A stretch of DNA of 64,000 bases from Octopus vulgaris. Taxonomy: Eukaryota. A program made the translations under genes and the position numbers. The DNA is taken from contig OX597822.1 in assembly GCA_951406725.2 (NCBI GenBank), positions 109,740,001 to 109,804,000 on the forward strand, given 5' to 3'. The notes beneath the pieces are model-generated. The model did no database searches, was not told where the DNA came from, and worked only from the letters and a program-made list of their open reading frames with translations. Numbering within the stretch: the first letter of the stretch is position 1; every line of letters begins with the position of its first letter. This document shows, piece by piece, positions 27,070-39,418 of the stretch.

Positions 27070-27269
27070 GGCACAAGGCCTGACATTTTGGGTGAGGCGA
27101 CTAGTCGATTTCATCGACCCCGGTGTTTCACTGCTACTTAATTTATCGGCCCCGAAATGATGAAAAACTAAGTCGACCTCGGCGGGAATTGAACTCAGAA
27201 GCGAAGACGAACGAAATACCACAAAATATTTCTCTTGGCGTGCTAACGATTCTGCCAGCTCGCCGCCTT
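27070..27269 (-). mobile_element. SINE group B (B2 tail)
   Basis: Head and core match. Confidence 0.8.
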
Positions 27270-27334
27270 ATATAACCCCCTTAATATCAACGAAATAGCA
27301 TTATTTAGCTATAATTGTCACATATTACATTTAC

Positions 27335-27373
<39 letters not shown>

Positions 27374-27424
27374 TATGCATATATATATACACACGCACAT
27401 GTATATATCACTAGTTACTAAGCC

Positions 27425-27590
27425 TTTTAGCTTTTCCTCTCCCTGTTTATTTCTGTGTTCCTTTCTGTCGAAGAGAGTAGGCTTGAAACGTAAAAGACTT
27501 TCTCACTTCCCGAGTGTTAAACTAATACATCTGAGTGTTGTTTACACACCCGTTTTCGTTATTGATTTATTTTGGGGGAAATTCTCTCTC
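27425..27590 (+). mobile_element. Hammerhead-bearing element family E
   Basis: CTTT-CTGTCGA-A-GAGA(GTAG)GCTT-GAAAC-GTA-AAAG at 27461-27496; 3' end into TA. Confidence 0.55.
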
Positions 27591-27828
27591 TATATGTATA
27601 CATGTGTGTATGCGTATGTATATATATATATATATATATATATACTCTATACAGAGGCAAAGAATTCGCGAGAAAAAAATTTATAATTCTTGAAAATTAA
27701 TTTGCTAAGATAGTATCAATTTTGTTATTATATGGAATGACTATTTAAAAAAATGATAATAGAATTAATAATACAGCCGATCGCAGGCCCAAGAAAAGCA
27801 TTGAATAACTGGATTAAAATTAAAATTA

Positions 27829-28045
27829 ATCAAAGGACATACTTTGTACGTCTGCTTACTGGAAATAACAGTGAAAGCTCTTATTTAAATTGCTAAAATT
27901 ACACTGATGATAACTACTGAAGTTCACCGAGAGAAGATTGATTTCGTTATATTTCTGTAGTTATCATCAGTGTAATTTTGGCGATTTAAATAAGAGTTTT
28001 GTCTGTTATTTCCAGCAGGCAGACATACATAGTATGTCCTGTGAT
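27829..28045. repeat. Imperfect inverted repeat (~90-bp arms), MITE-like
   Basis: AAAATTACACTGATGATAACTAC / GTAGTTATCATCAGTGTAATTTT; AGGACATACT / AGTATGTCCT. Confidence 0.8.
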
Positions 28046-28744
28046 AAGTTTAATATTATATATATATAAATTTGCATGAAGTGTAAGGATTCATGAAAGC
28101 ATACACCTGCTAGAAATAAGAGCTAAAGTCTTAACTAAGCCACCGTACAGCACGAAGATAAAAGAGAAATAACAGTAGGCGAGGAAACGGAAAGAAATAA
28201 TACATTCAAAAGCACAACTATAAAAGATTGTGCAGTTTAGGACATCTACATATTCTGGTTTCGGCTTTTGGAAAATTTAATCCTTGAGCTCCTTCAGTCT
28301 GGATTATCAAGTAATAATTCGAGTAAAAATTCACGTTAAACTCCGCTAGGGTACCGGTTTTGTTTGGCGCCAAAAACACAGCACATGGTGCAGAAATATT
28401 TATAAGCAAAACATTAAAACGTTAAGATTGGAAATAAGATGCCACTACTGTTAATATCATCTGTGGATAAAATTTAAAATTGATTGTATGAGCAGTAGTA
28501 ACATAGGTGGTCCGCAGGCAAATAGCATTATTTAGCTATAAATTAAAAATTTGCACGAAACGTAAGGATGCATAAAAGCATACACCTGCTAGAAGAGTTA
28601 AAGATTTAATTAAACCACCGTACAGCACCAAGATAGCAGAATAATAACAATAGGCGAGGAAACGGAAAGAATTAATATATTCAATTATATCCGCAAATGA
28701 TACTAACAGTAGTGACATCTTATTTTAAATCTTAGTATTTGAAT

Positions 28745-28920
28745 GTTTTGTTTATAGAAGACAGGTGTATGAACCTCAAGCAAGTGTAGTAGTTTGACGC
28801 TCGGGAAAATGAAAGTCTTCTACTTTTCGAGCCTACGCTCTTCAACAGAAAAGAAGAAGAGAAAATAAGCAGAGAGAGAATGGAAAAAAACATGTCGATT
28901 TCAGTGGTCCAACATGGCGA
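28745..28920 (-). mobile_element. Hammerhead-bearing element family E
   Basis: TTTCGAGCCTACGCTCTTCAACAGAAA at ~28825-28851. Confidence 0.55.
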
Positions 28921-29364
28921 ATGATAGGAAAATTGTGGTTGAAAGAAAGGGAGATAATAAAAAAAAGCGAAGTGATGCAATGGAGATAATGAAGTGCTGG
29001 TGATCCCAAGAGAAGGTGCGCGTGCATGTGTATGCATGTGAGAATGGAGTGTGTGAGTGTGTAAGTCTATGTGAATAGGGGCGAGTGAATCTGACGTGTG
29101 TGAGTGAGTGCGCGTGTGTGTGTTTGCGTGTGTTGTGTGTAACAGTGTGGGCAAATACTAACTTTGTCTATGTATGTTGCGTGTGTTAATGCGTGTTGTG
29201 TATGTATGTATAGCCCGTGTTCAGGCATTATGCGATTGTATGCCACTACACATACCACTGTATTTGCTCATATAAGCAAATTTACAGGCAAAAAAATATA
29301 AACTAAATTTAGATTCAGTAGGGTATTTGAATAGTATTTGCTATAATAGAATCATCGCCGGAAA

Positions 29365-29418
<54 letters not shown>

Positions 29419-29699
29419 GTGTATAAGCAATTTACGTATTTAAACACGAAAGAGGTGATCTTTGACAGGACACCTTACATACTAGAAAGGGCAGTTAAAG
29501 CCTAATCCACGAATAAGAGCTATTTCAAAGAGAATGAAAATAAGAAATATTTTTGTAGTTACCCTCAAACTCGACATTCTGTATCAATGTGCAAATAAAT
29601 TAATTTGCTATCCGTGCCTCTTCCGTGAGGGTGCTAAAATTAATGCATATTTATGTAGCAAATGGCACAGAAAATACACGTGCTTATACATTATAATTT

Positions 29700-30020
29700 T
29701 CAAATCCACCGCGCGAAAGACCCCCAGACGACCATCATGGTTTCCTTTTCATTGTTTTGAAAGTTCAAAGGATTCACCTGGCCAGATTTCTGCATTTTAT
29801 CGCCAACTTGGCAATGTGCATCGTTACTCATGTCAATGCCTAGGTCACGCACTGATTTTGATTCGTGGATTAGATTCCCTCCTGGGCCAATGTATCCTAC
29901 CTGCTTTTCATTGAGCTTCCTGTGTTGGTAGCGTAGGTCTTGGACTTTTTCTGCTTTAAACTGCATGTTATTTTACTCAATTCACCTGTATATAACGTCC
30001 AACTCACATTGCAGATGCAA
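29700..30020 (-). mobile_element. CR1-like LINE RT fragment, decayed
   Basis: QFKAEK..LRY..GNLIHESKSVRDLGIDMSND matches the CR1 'vkDLGv' region. Confidence 0.65.
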
Positions 30021-30038
30021 TTTCCAGAGTTTTGTATC

Positions 30039-30086
<48 letters not shown>

Positions 30087-30268
30087 TATATCACTCTCGC
30101 ATTACATTACTCTCCTGTTGCCTTTCACACTCTCCCATGCTTTCTCTCTTTCTCTTCACATCACTGTGAAGGAACAACGCCTAGCATCAACCCCCTTATG
30201 AACTTGACGATTGGAAATTCATCTACTTCTTACGGAAACTTTAAACAATGCCAGCAATAACTTCCATT

Positions 30269-30312
30269 GAACGTCTGATAAAAGATCATTGGTCAGAAAG
30301 CGCTCACATGTT
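30269..30312 (+). ncRNA. Degenerate hammerhead-like motif
   Basis: AACGU-CUGAUAA-..GAUC(AUU)GGUC-A-GAAAG-CG-CUC-ACAUGUU; palindromic stem III AGCGCU; G8 mutated. Confidence 0.4.
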
Positions 30313-30429
30313 AAGTTATACTTAACCCCAAAACTAGCAACAACACTATACGCAGATCACATGCCACAAATAGGTCCGTCACGTATATATATCTATCTGT
30401 CTATTTATGCACCTATGTATCCATCCATC

Positions 30430-30911
30430 TCTAGCGAATGTTTTAAAAAAAGATGGGTGAATGTAGCAAGGATGGCACGTATGAATGAGCATAATCCTAT
30501 GAACCCAGAAATTGAAAACAGAGGATTATCCACTTGCAAACAAATGTGGTAACATATAACAATATTGACCAAGGTTACCGTGGTCTTTTTCGTAGGCTTT
30601 TCTTCCCACGGATAAACCTTACTTGCTTTCCCCTTTACACCATACATCATAACACTGTGATACACGATCCCTATTGATCGTTTTTTTTTCCTCTTCCCCT
30701 TTTTTCCCCTTTCTTTCTTCTTTTTTTCATTTCTCTTTTGTTTTGTTCCTTTTCCTTTGGTTTTTTTTCCTTTTACGATCCATTTTGATCGAAAACCTAC
30801 GCTACCTTTTTTTGTTTCTTTTGTTTTTTTGTTTTTTTCATCCCCCAAAAGAAAAGCTCTACCTTGTAACTTGTCCCATCTGTGTGCAGCCCTGTGTGGC
30901 CAATAAAGAAA
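30430..30911 (+). mobile_element. Putative L1/Tx1-like LINE 3' end and 3' UTR
   Basis: ECFKKRWVNVARM resembles the L1/Tx1 ORF2 C-terminus (F.kRW); T-rich UTR; ends AATAAAGAAA. Confidence 0.45.
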
Positions 30912-31597
30912 CTTATCTATATTAAAACCGTCAGATCCTGGGGATTTCTGTATTGTCTCAAAAAATAAGATTTTCATTCTTTTTTGGGAGATTTTTTTGA
31001 ATTTCAAACGACGGTTTCCCGAGTTTTCCTTACAGTTCTTGTAATGTATACACTCTGCCTCGGTCTTTCATTAATCCATTTTTTTTTCGTTTTTCCAGTT
31101 TTCGTTCTCATTTCACAATTGTTCCTTTCTCTAACTTGTTCATTTCTCCTATGATGTCCACAAATGCTTTGACTTATGCTAACTTCTCTTAGCTTAGTGT
31201 CTCCTGAATTATTCTGATACTATTCTATATTCCACTGCCCCTTTTCATCTTCCCAACCTCTCCTACTGACGGCGTCACACTGTTGTCTCTCTCTACTTGA
31301 TAACAAGTATGTTGCTGGAGATATACCAGCATGTTATTGTGAGTTTTGTTTTGTAATGGACCCTTTAGTGTTATTCTACTCACGTTTCGCATGGACACCG
31401 GGTCCGGTGAAGAGAAAGGCTGATACAATCCTGATTTCCTAGTGACGCATGACGCATTGATTAGAATAAATAAATAGTACAGAGGCGCTCCTTTAGAACT
31501 AATCCTGGATTCCACTCCTCATTCCTCTGTTTCACCATAGAGAGCAGCACAGTTTGATTTTGCTCAGCGTTTAATTAGGCTACGAGTCAGGAGCAGA

Positions 31598-32085
<488 letters not shown>

Positions 32086-32607
32086 TGTTTTGTTTGGGAT
32101 GGTGAAATTGAACTCATAATTACATATTCAATGTTGTGAAGTAGATTAATGGAATTGATATAATGGCTGATATAAACGCTTATCCACGAGTAACTTAAAA
32201 CCTAATTATAAAATAATGAGCTATATCAGCCATGACCGTTCGTTTTCGTTGCTATTTTACTGTCATCAGCGGAGTTTAAAGTTATGTAGATAGAACAATT
32301 TTTCCATAAAGCGTCAGGCTATTTCGTGTCATTAGGCCATTAGCCGTTTATATAATAGCAGGCATATTACCTGAGTTTCTATAGACGTAATAAAGCCGAT
32401 ATTATATAAATGATGTAATTTTGAACCGGAAATTGAATCTTCTGGGCCACGAGTGGATCGCTCTAAATACACATTTCGCTATATATTGTAAATACGAAGG
32501 GTGTCGCATCAGTTTTAAAATGCAGGATCTTTATTACACACACATATGCATCTATTTATCTATCGATATCTATTCCTATATCTATCTATCTATCTATATA
32601 TTTAAAG

Positions 32608-32784
32608 AATGAGGGTGATAAATTGAACAATAATTTAACATCAATTTAAAACCAGTGTCCTAGCATATAGAAAAATCTGAAAAATAGTGTTACATGCATG
32701 CATGTAATACAATTTTTCTATATGCTAGGCCACTGGTTTTAAATTGATGTTAATTAAATTAATGTTCAATATATCACACTTATT
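32608..32784. repeat. Fold-back palindrome (~88-bp arms)
   Basis: Centre TTACATGCATGCATGTAA (32698/32699); arms TTTAAAACCAGTG.CCTAGCATATAGAAAAAT; related to 36208-36262. Confidence 0.85.
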
Positions 32785-32987
32785 ATTTAAATTTTAAATA
32801 ATTATTTTCTCTAACCGGCAATATTCACTGCAGTGAATTATCTACTGCAGAACGGTTTCCGGGATTTAGCGTACTAGAGCTGAGACATTTGAATATAACC
32901 CCAATGTAATCGGTAGAACTGTACAAACATCTAATTTTATGAGGACAACCTGTGTATAGTTCTGCATGTTATATTGAATTAGAACGG

Positions 32988-33052
32988 TCGTACTGAAGAC
33001 CCACTGACGTTGTTACGTAAGTAAAATCGTTAATGGCGAAACTAGTATACGA
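32988..33052 (+). ncRNA. Type I hammerhead ribozyme-like motif
   Basis: UCGUA-CUGAAGA-C CCA.UGACG...CGUUA.UGG C-GAAAC-UA-GUA-UACGA; perfect stem I; palindromic stem III ACUAGU. Confidence 0.7.
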
Positions 33053-33274
33053 TTAATTTTTTATTTTGTATATTTTCATTTGTCTTACCCGCTTATGTTA
33101 TGGTGTTTGCTGATTTTTTCTACAGAACATTATTTTCCTTTGTGGGTAGATCGTAGGTGATCTATAACTAGCATATTGTGTTTCCACTTAGTGATCATCC
33201 CTTCTAATACGCATGTAATATCTATATATTTATATAGATTCATATATCTAGGTATATATATATATATATGTATG

Positions 33275-33383
<109 letters not shown>

Positions 33384-33585
33384 CTGTGTGTGTGTTTTAT
33401 ATATATATATATATATATATATGTTATATATATACATATATATTATGTATATATATATATACATACATATGTATAAATAAATATATATATATATATATAC
33501 ATACATATGTATAAATTATACATATATATGTTATATATATATATGTATATATGTATATATTATATATATTTATATACATATATAT

Positions 33586-33619
<34 letters not shown>

Positions 33620-33699
33620 CATAAAAAAGAGTAAAGAGAGTAAAGAGTAAAAAAGAGAGAAAGAGACATATATGTATGATATATACATATGAGTCTATC

Positions 33700-33850
33700 T
33701 GTTGTGTTTACATTCCCGTAACTTAGCGGTTCGGCAAACACACCGATAGAATAAGTACTAGGCTTACAAAGAATAAGTCCTGGGATCGATTTATTCGGCT
33801 AAAGGCGGTGCTGCAGCAAGGCCGCAGTCAAATGATTGAAACAGAAAAGA
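33700..33850 (+). mobile_element. SINE group A, 3' half
   Basis: CCCGTAACTTAGCGGTTCGGCAAA...GGCCGCAGTCAAATGA. Confidence 0.8.
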
Positions 33851-33855
33851 AAACA

Positions 33856-34011
33856 TGCAGATGTGGCTGATTGGTCAGTAGCTCCTTTCCCAAACGTGTG
33901 GTTCAGTCCCACGGCGTGGCAGCCAGGGCAAGTGTATTCCATTATAGCATCGGGCCGATCAAAGCCTTGTGAGTGTACTTTGTAGAGAGAAACTAAAAGA
34001 AGCAAGTTTTC

Positions 34012-34044
<33 letters not shown>

Positions 34045-34298
34045 AGGAAATGAAGAAAATGCTGACAAAATAATTTAAGTAATTTAAGTAATTTAATTAG
34101 GTGAAAGTTATTTTTACCGGTTGCGCATTTGTTAAAGGAACTCTAATCTCTCTTTAAAAAATATATTTTGATAAGCATAACAAATGCGCAACCGGTAAAA
34201 AGAACTTTCACCTAATTAAATTACTTAAATTACTTTGTCACCATTTTCTTCATTTCCTTTTTATATATCACAACTCGTGTCCCACATCTCCTTTTTTA

Positions 34299-34387
<89 letters not shown>

Positions 34388-34598
34388 GTCTGTGTTTGTC
34401 CCCCAAACATCACTTGACAACCGATGCTGATGTGTTAACGTCTCCGTAACCTAGCAGTTCAGCAAAAGAGAGCAGATAGAATTTGTACTAGGCTTACAAA
34501 GAATAAATCCTGGGCTCGATTTACTCGACTAATGGCGGTGCTCCAGCATGTCCGCAGGTAAATAACTGAAAGAAGTAAAAGAATAAAAGAATAAAAGA
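33856..34598 (+). mobile_element. SINE group A split by a fold-back insertion in its internal microsatellite
   Basis: 5' half 33856-34015, 3' half 34375-34598, intervening inverted repeat 34043-34260. Confidence 0.7.
34043..34260. repeat. Inverted repeat (~85-90-bp arms, 43-bp spacer)
   Basis: TTTTTACCGGTTGCGCATTTGTTA / TAACAAATGCGCAACCGGTAAAAA; AAAGGAAATGAAGAAAATG / CATTTTCTTCATTTCCTTT. Confidence 0.9.
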
Positions 34599-35165
34599 AT
34601 AATATAAATACATAAATAAACGAATATATAAATACATCTGCCACATACCTGTGATAAATGTATGACAGAGATAGATAAAATAAATACACAAAATTTATAT
34701 AAAGCCCTTGGATACATTCGAAGCGAACCTATACACACACACAAATGTAACCTCATGGACGGCAATATGATAACAACAACATAACTAACACGGTGAGCAA
34801 CGACTACCAAGAGGGCAACACCGTGGATGAACGCATATACACAGAGAAATACAGGAACTGTACTTTCCTTTTAAACTTCTCGCGTCTTAGGATAGTAAAA
34901 TCATCCTGTGGTGAGAGGTTGGGGTTGGTGGGAAGGCCACACCGCTGCTAAAAACTATGGTGCACACAAAAAAGCATACACACATATGCGCACAACCACA
35001 CACACGCACATAAACAAGTACACAAACGCATGCCCACATACGGATACACGTCTTGGGAGAACAAAATGGAGTAAGTGGAGGACACATACTGTAATTAAAA
35101 GTGTTCGTAGATGTGTGACGAAATATTTGCGAACAATAGACAGGCAATAAAATAATGAAAGAACA

Positions 35166-35220
35166 GTAATTAACGAGTGAAGAAAAAGTATATATATATA
35201 TACTGGTTGTGTTTATTTAG

Positions 35221-35269
<49 letters not shown>

Positions 35270-35339
35270 TACTTATGTGTATATGTATATATATATATAT
35301 ATATATGTATAAAATAAATAAAATGACCCTCTTGAGATG

Positions 35340-35397
<58 letters not shown>

Positions 35398-35655
35398 TAC
35401 TTGGAGAACAGAAAAGAAACGAAACGACGCGAGGACGCTCAGTCATGCAATAAATTAATAAATAAAATATATGCATACATACATACATATATGTACGTAC
35501 CTACATCTACATGTATATATACATGCATATATAATATATATATATATGTGAGTACAGGACACTCACATATATATATTTATATATGCATGTATATATACAT
35601 GTAGATGTAGGTACGTACATATATGTATGTATGTATGCATATATTTTATTTATTA

Positions 35656-35694
<39 letters not shown>

Positions 35695-35728
35695 CATCTC
35701 AAGAGGGTCATTTTATTTATTTTATACA

Positions 35729-35760
<32 letters not shown>

Positions 35761-35854
35761 CATATACACATAAGTATATATGTGTATATATATATATATT
35801 GCTAAATAAACCCAACCAGTATATATATATACTTTTTCTTCACTCGTTAATTAC
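35166..35854. repeat. ~690-bp fold-back inverted repeat
   Basis: GTAATTAACGAGTGAAGAAAAAG.../...CTTTTTCTTCACTCGTTAATTAC; loop ACAGGAC 35554-35560. Confidence 0.9.
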
Positions 35855-36173
35855 AAAATTTAAAGGACTGACCACTAAAAGTGGACTGTCAACATGCTAG
35901 ATATAGACGTCAAAATCTCAATTTTCCACGAAGAATGTGTTCTCAAATAAAAAAAAAACTCACCACAAACCAAATCGTAAAAAATAAGCATGACAAATGA
36001 AAATATATATTATTTCGTATATTTTCATTTGTCATGCTTATTTTTTACGATTTGGTTTGTGGTGAGTTTTTTTTTTTATTTGAGAACACATTCTTCGTGG
36101 AAAATTGAGATTTTGACGTCTATATCTAGCATGTTGACCGTCCACTTTTAGTGGTCAGTCCTTTAAATTTTGT
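35853..36173. repeat. ~320-bp near-perfect fold-back inverted repeat
   Basis: ~155-bp arms with one substitution and one poly-A/T indel; 10-nt loop 36008-36017; right arm continues to (TA)n at ~36262. Confidence 0.9.
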
Positions 36174-36304
36174 GTGTAAAAATATTTTAACCTTCGGATT
36201 TTTTTAATATGCCAGGCCACTGGTTTTAATTGATTAATATCGATTTATACCCTTATTCAATTATATATATATATATATATTCACACACAACAATATATAT
36301 ATTC

Positions 36305-36515
36305 TTTTATTCTGTTACTTCTTTCAGTAATTTCACTGTAGCCATGCTGGAGCACCGCCTTTAGTCGAACAAAGCGACTCCAGAACTTAATCTTTGTAAC
36401 CCTAGTACTTATTCCATCGGTCTACTTTACCGAACCGCTAAGTTGCGGGGGTTATGCAAGCACAGCAACCTCGGTTGTCAAGAGATGGTGAGGGGACAAA
36501 CACAGACACAAAAGT
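36305..36515 (-). mobile_element. SINE group A, 3' half
   Basis: GCCATGCTGGAGCACCGCCTTTAGTCG motif. Confidence 0.8.
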
Positions 36516-36518
36516 ACA

Positions 36519-36570
<52 letters not shown>

Positions 36571-36857
36571 CATTATTTAGATTATTTTTCATTATTTACA
36601 ATTAATGGATTTTTGTTCCCGTCTCAATACACCACTATCGTTCCTGAAAGTTGTATTTTTTATATATATTTTCACTACTGATTGCTCGAAGCTAAATTTC
36701 TACATACACTTCGATTCTTGGACTGAACATATTGCTGAGACCCCCACCCCGCTTTCGGTCATAACTGACAGTTGGATTGCACCTAGAAAGTTTTCTCTAC
36801 AAAATGGAAAGTTACATTATAGAACAGTCATTTTAACGAGTTTTTTTTAATTTATTT

Positions 36858-36961
36858 ATCACCCGACGAGATACGTCTGCACCACCGGATACTCACGAAC
36901 CAGTTTTTGTGTGTCCCACAAGAGGAATCGATGCTAGATATGTCGAAACAATTGTTGTTAT
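36858..36961 (+). ncRNA. Degenerate hammerhead-like motif with long stem II
   Basis: AUCAC-CCGACGA-GAUACGUCUGCA...UGCUAGAUAUGUC-GAAAC-AAUU-GUU-GUUAU; palindromic stem III ACAAUUGU. Confidence 0.5.
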
Positions 36962-37084
36962 TAATAATATACTCTCGTGTATTCCAACGTGTATTTCATT
37001 TGTCATTTACCTAACGATCACTCTGAAAGTGACCGTGCTTTACCAGTCAGCTACCAGGTGTAAACCATTCGTTTTATTATCTAT

Positions 37085-37134
<50 letters not shown>

Positions 37135-37138
<4 letters not shown>

Positions 37139-37343
37139 ACTTGTTTCAGTCATTTGACTGCGGCCTATGCTGGAGCACCGCCTTTAATCGAGCAACTCGA
37201 CCCCGGGACTTATACTTTTGTAAGCCCAGTACTTATTCTATCGGTCTCTTTTGCCGAACCGCCAAGTAACGGGGACATAAACACACCAGCATCAGTTGTC
37301 AAGCAATGCTAGGGGGACAAATACAGACACACAAACACACACA

Positions 37344-37399
<56 letters not shown>

Positions 37400-37559
37400 C
37401 GAGCTTCTTTCAGTTTCCGTCTACCATATCCACTCACAAGGCTTTGGTCGGCCCGAGGCTATAGTAGAAGACACTTGCCCAAGGTGCCACGCAGTGGGAC
37501 TGAACCTGGAACCATGTGGTTGGTAAACAAGCTACTTACCACACAACCACTCCTGCGCC
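37135..37559 (-). mobile_element. SINE group A, full length
   Basis: Complete head to tail. Confidence 0.9.
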
Positions 37560-38440
37560 TATTTGATAGTTAATAGTTTACAATATAGCAGAAAAAACCG
37601 GTAATGCGAACATGGAGTGGATAAATCATATTTCTGTACACCACTAAGTCACAGAGTAAATGAGACACGAGAAGGGAGAGGGATTTTGTTATTTGATCAA
37701 GTTATTGGGTGCAGATCAAGATCCAGTGATCCACAGAAACATAGATACAACCTCTTGTTTTCTTCATCATACTTTTCTTACTAGCAAAGTGAAGATTAAT
37801 TGGTTTTGAACAATTTCTGTGTATGTGTGTGTGTGCATATATACACACCCAAATGAAGGAAATGCTAGCACTCAAACACCTAAAAAGGTAGTCAAACTGT
37901 AAAGGAATTAGTCAAGAGAGAATGTTAAACATGATGTGATATGTCAGATTCTCAAAAAAACATCCAATAGAACTCAATAGTTAAGCTTTCTTTCTTTCAT
38001 AAATTCTATGATTTTACTAGGAATATAAACTTAAAATTGCCTAAATTCTTCATAGATTAATCTTTTCTTTGCTCATTACACCAACAAATAGTGATTCAGA
38101 CAATACAAGCTCATGAATCTAAGAGGAACAAAAGAAAAGGATACAAAAAAAATTATTAGTTTTTAGTAATAGTTTGTTCCTTACCATCCTTCTTAATGAT
38201 TTTTTTTGTTTTTTTGATCCCAATAGGTGCTATGGAGGTAATGAGCTGGATAAAAATTTCCATTTTCCATCAATATTTGCTGCTAACAGGTTACTGTGCA
38301 AAATCTTTATCACAACAGGTTAGACAGTTCACATGAAGGAGACTTTAGGATGAGAAATCAGCATATATAAATGGCCAACTGAACACACTGGCAGTGAACT
38401 GTTGTACTTAGTAGAAAAGAAGAGATAGACAAAGGAAGGA

Positions 38441-38485
<45 letters not shown>

Positions 38486-38589
38486 GAGTCAGAGATAGAG
38501 AGATTGTGTAAATATTTATATATATATATATATATATATACATATTTATGTATATAACTATTTATGTATGTGTGTATATATGTCTATAC

Positions 38590-38760
38590 ACCCCACCATC
38601 ACTTGATAATCAATGTTGGTGTGTTTACGTCCATTAAAATTAGCGTTTCGGCAATAGAGAACGAGAGAATAAGTAGTGAACTTACAAAGTATAAGTCCTG
38701 GGATCCATTTCGTCGACTAAAAACCATTTAAGCCGCAGTCAAATGACTGAAACAAGTAGA
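38590..38760 (+). mobile_element. SINE group A, 3' part, diverged
   Basis: GCCGCAGTCAAATGACTGAAACAAGTA. Confidence 0.7.
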
Positions 38761-38777
38761 TATATATATATATATAG

Positions 38778-38824
<47 letters not shown>

Positions 38825-38869
38825 TATATATAGCTATATCAAATCTCCGAGCGAGATGTAAACAGTAGC

Positions 38870-39086
38870 AATTGACAAATAAGTGTGGCGTCCCGACGTT
38901 TATAGCCCCACACAAACTGGAGTCCGTGTGTATCATGCAAGGCTAGAGATGGGAGCGATGCCCTCCCCCCTCGCAAATACTAATCGCACACAGAATATCG
39001 TTGGCCAGTTAGAAGAGATGTTTTCCTCGGGCTGTAGCACTGCCAATATCACTGACCCGTGTGGGACACCACACTCGTTTGGCAAT

Positions 39087-39087
<1 letters not shown>
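38870..39087. mobile_element. Small TIR-bounded element (MITE or solo-LTR-like)
   Basis: AATTGACAAATAAGTGTGGCGTCCCGACG ... CGTGTGGGACACCACACTCGTTTGGCAATT; inner TG...CA at 38884-39073. Confidence 0.55.
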
Positions 39088-39125
<38 letters not shown>

Positions 39126-39130
39126 TAGAG

Positions 39131-39165
<35 letters not shown>

Positions 39166-39189
39166 TAAGAGTATATATATATATATACT

Positions 39190-39418
39190 TCACTCTTTTA
39201 CTCATTTTACTTTTCCAGTCATTTGATGGCAGCCATGCTGGAGCAACGCTTTTAGTCGAGCAAATCGACCTAGGACTTATTCTTTGTAAGCCTAGTACTT
39301 ATTCTATCGGCCCGAGGCTATAGTAGAAGACACTTGCCCAAGGTCCCACACAGTGGGACAGAACCAGGAACCATGTGATTGGTAAGCAATCTACTTCCCA
39401 CACAGCCACTCCTGCGCC
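39190..39418 (-). mobile_element. SINE group A with internal deletion
   Basis: Tail joined to head at TCGG microhomology (~39308). Confidence 0.8.

Noticed and set aside
30925-31230. Minus-strand KSPGSDG, resembling the LINE RT N-terminal motif
   Set aside because: Single short motif with no surrounding recognisable domain.
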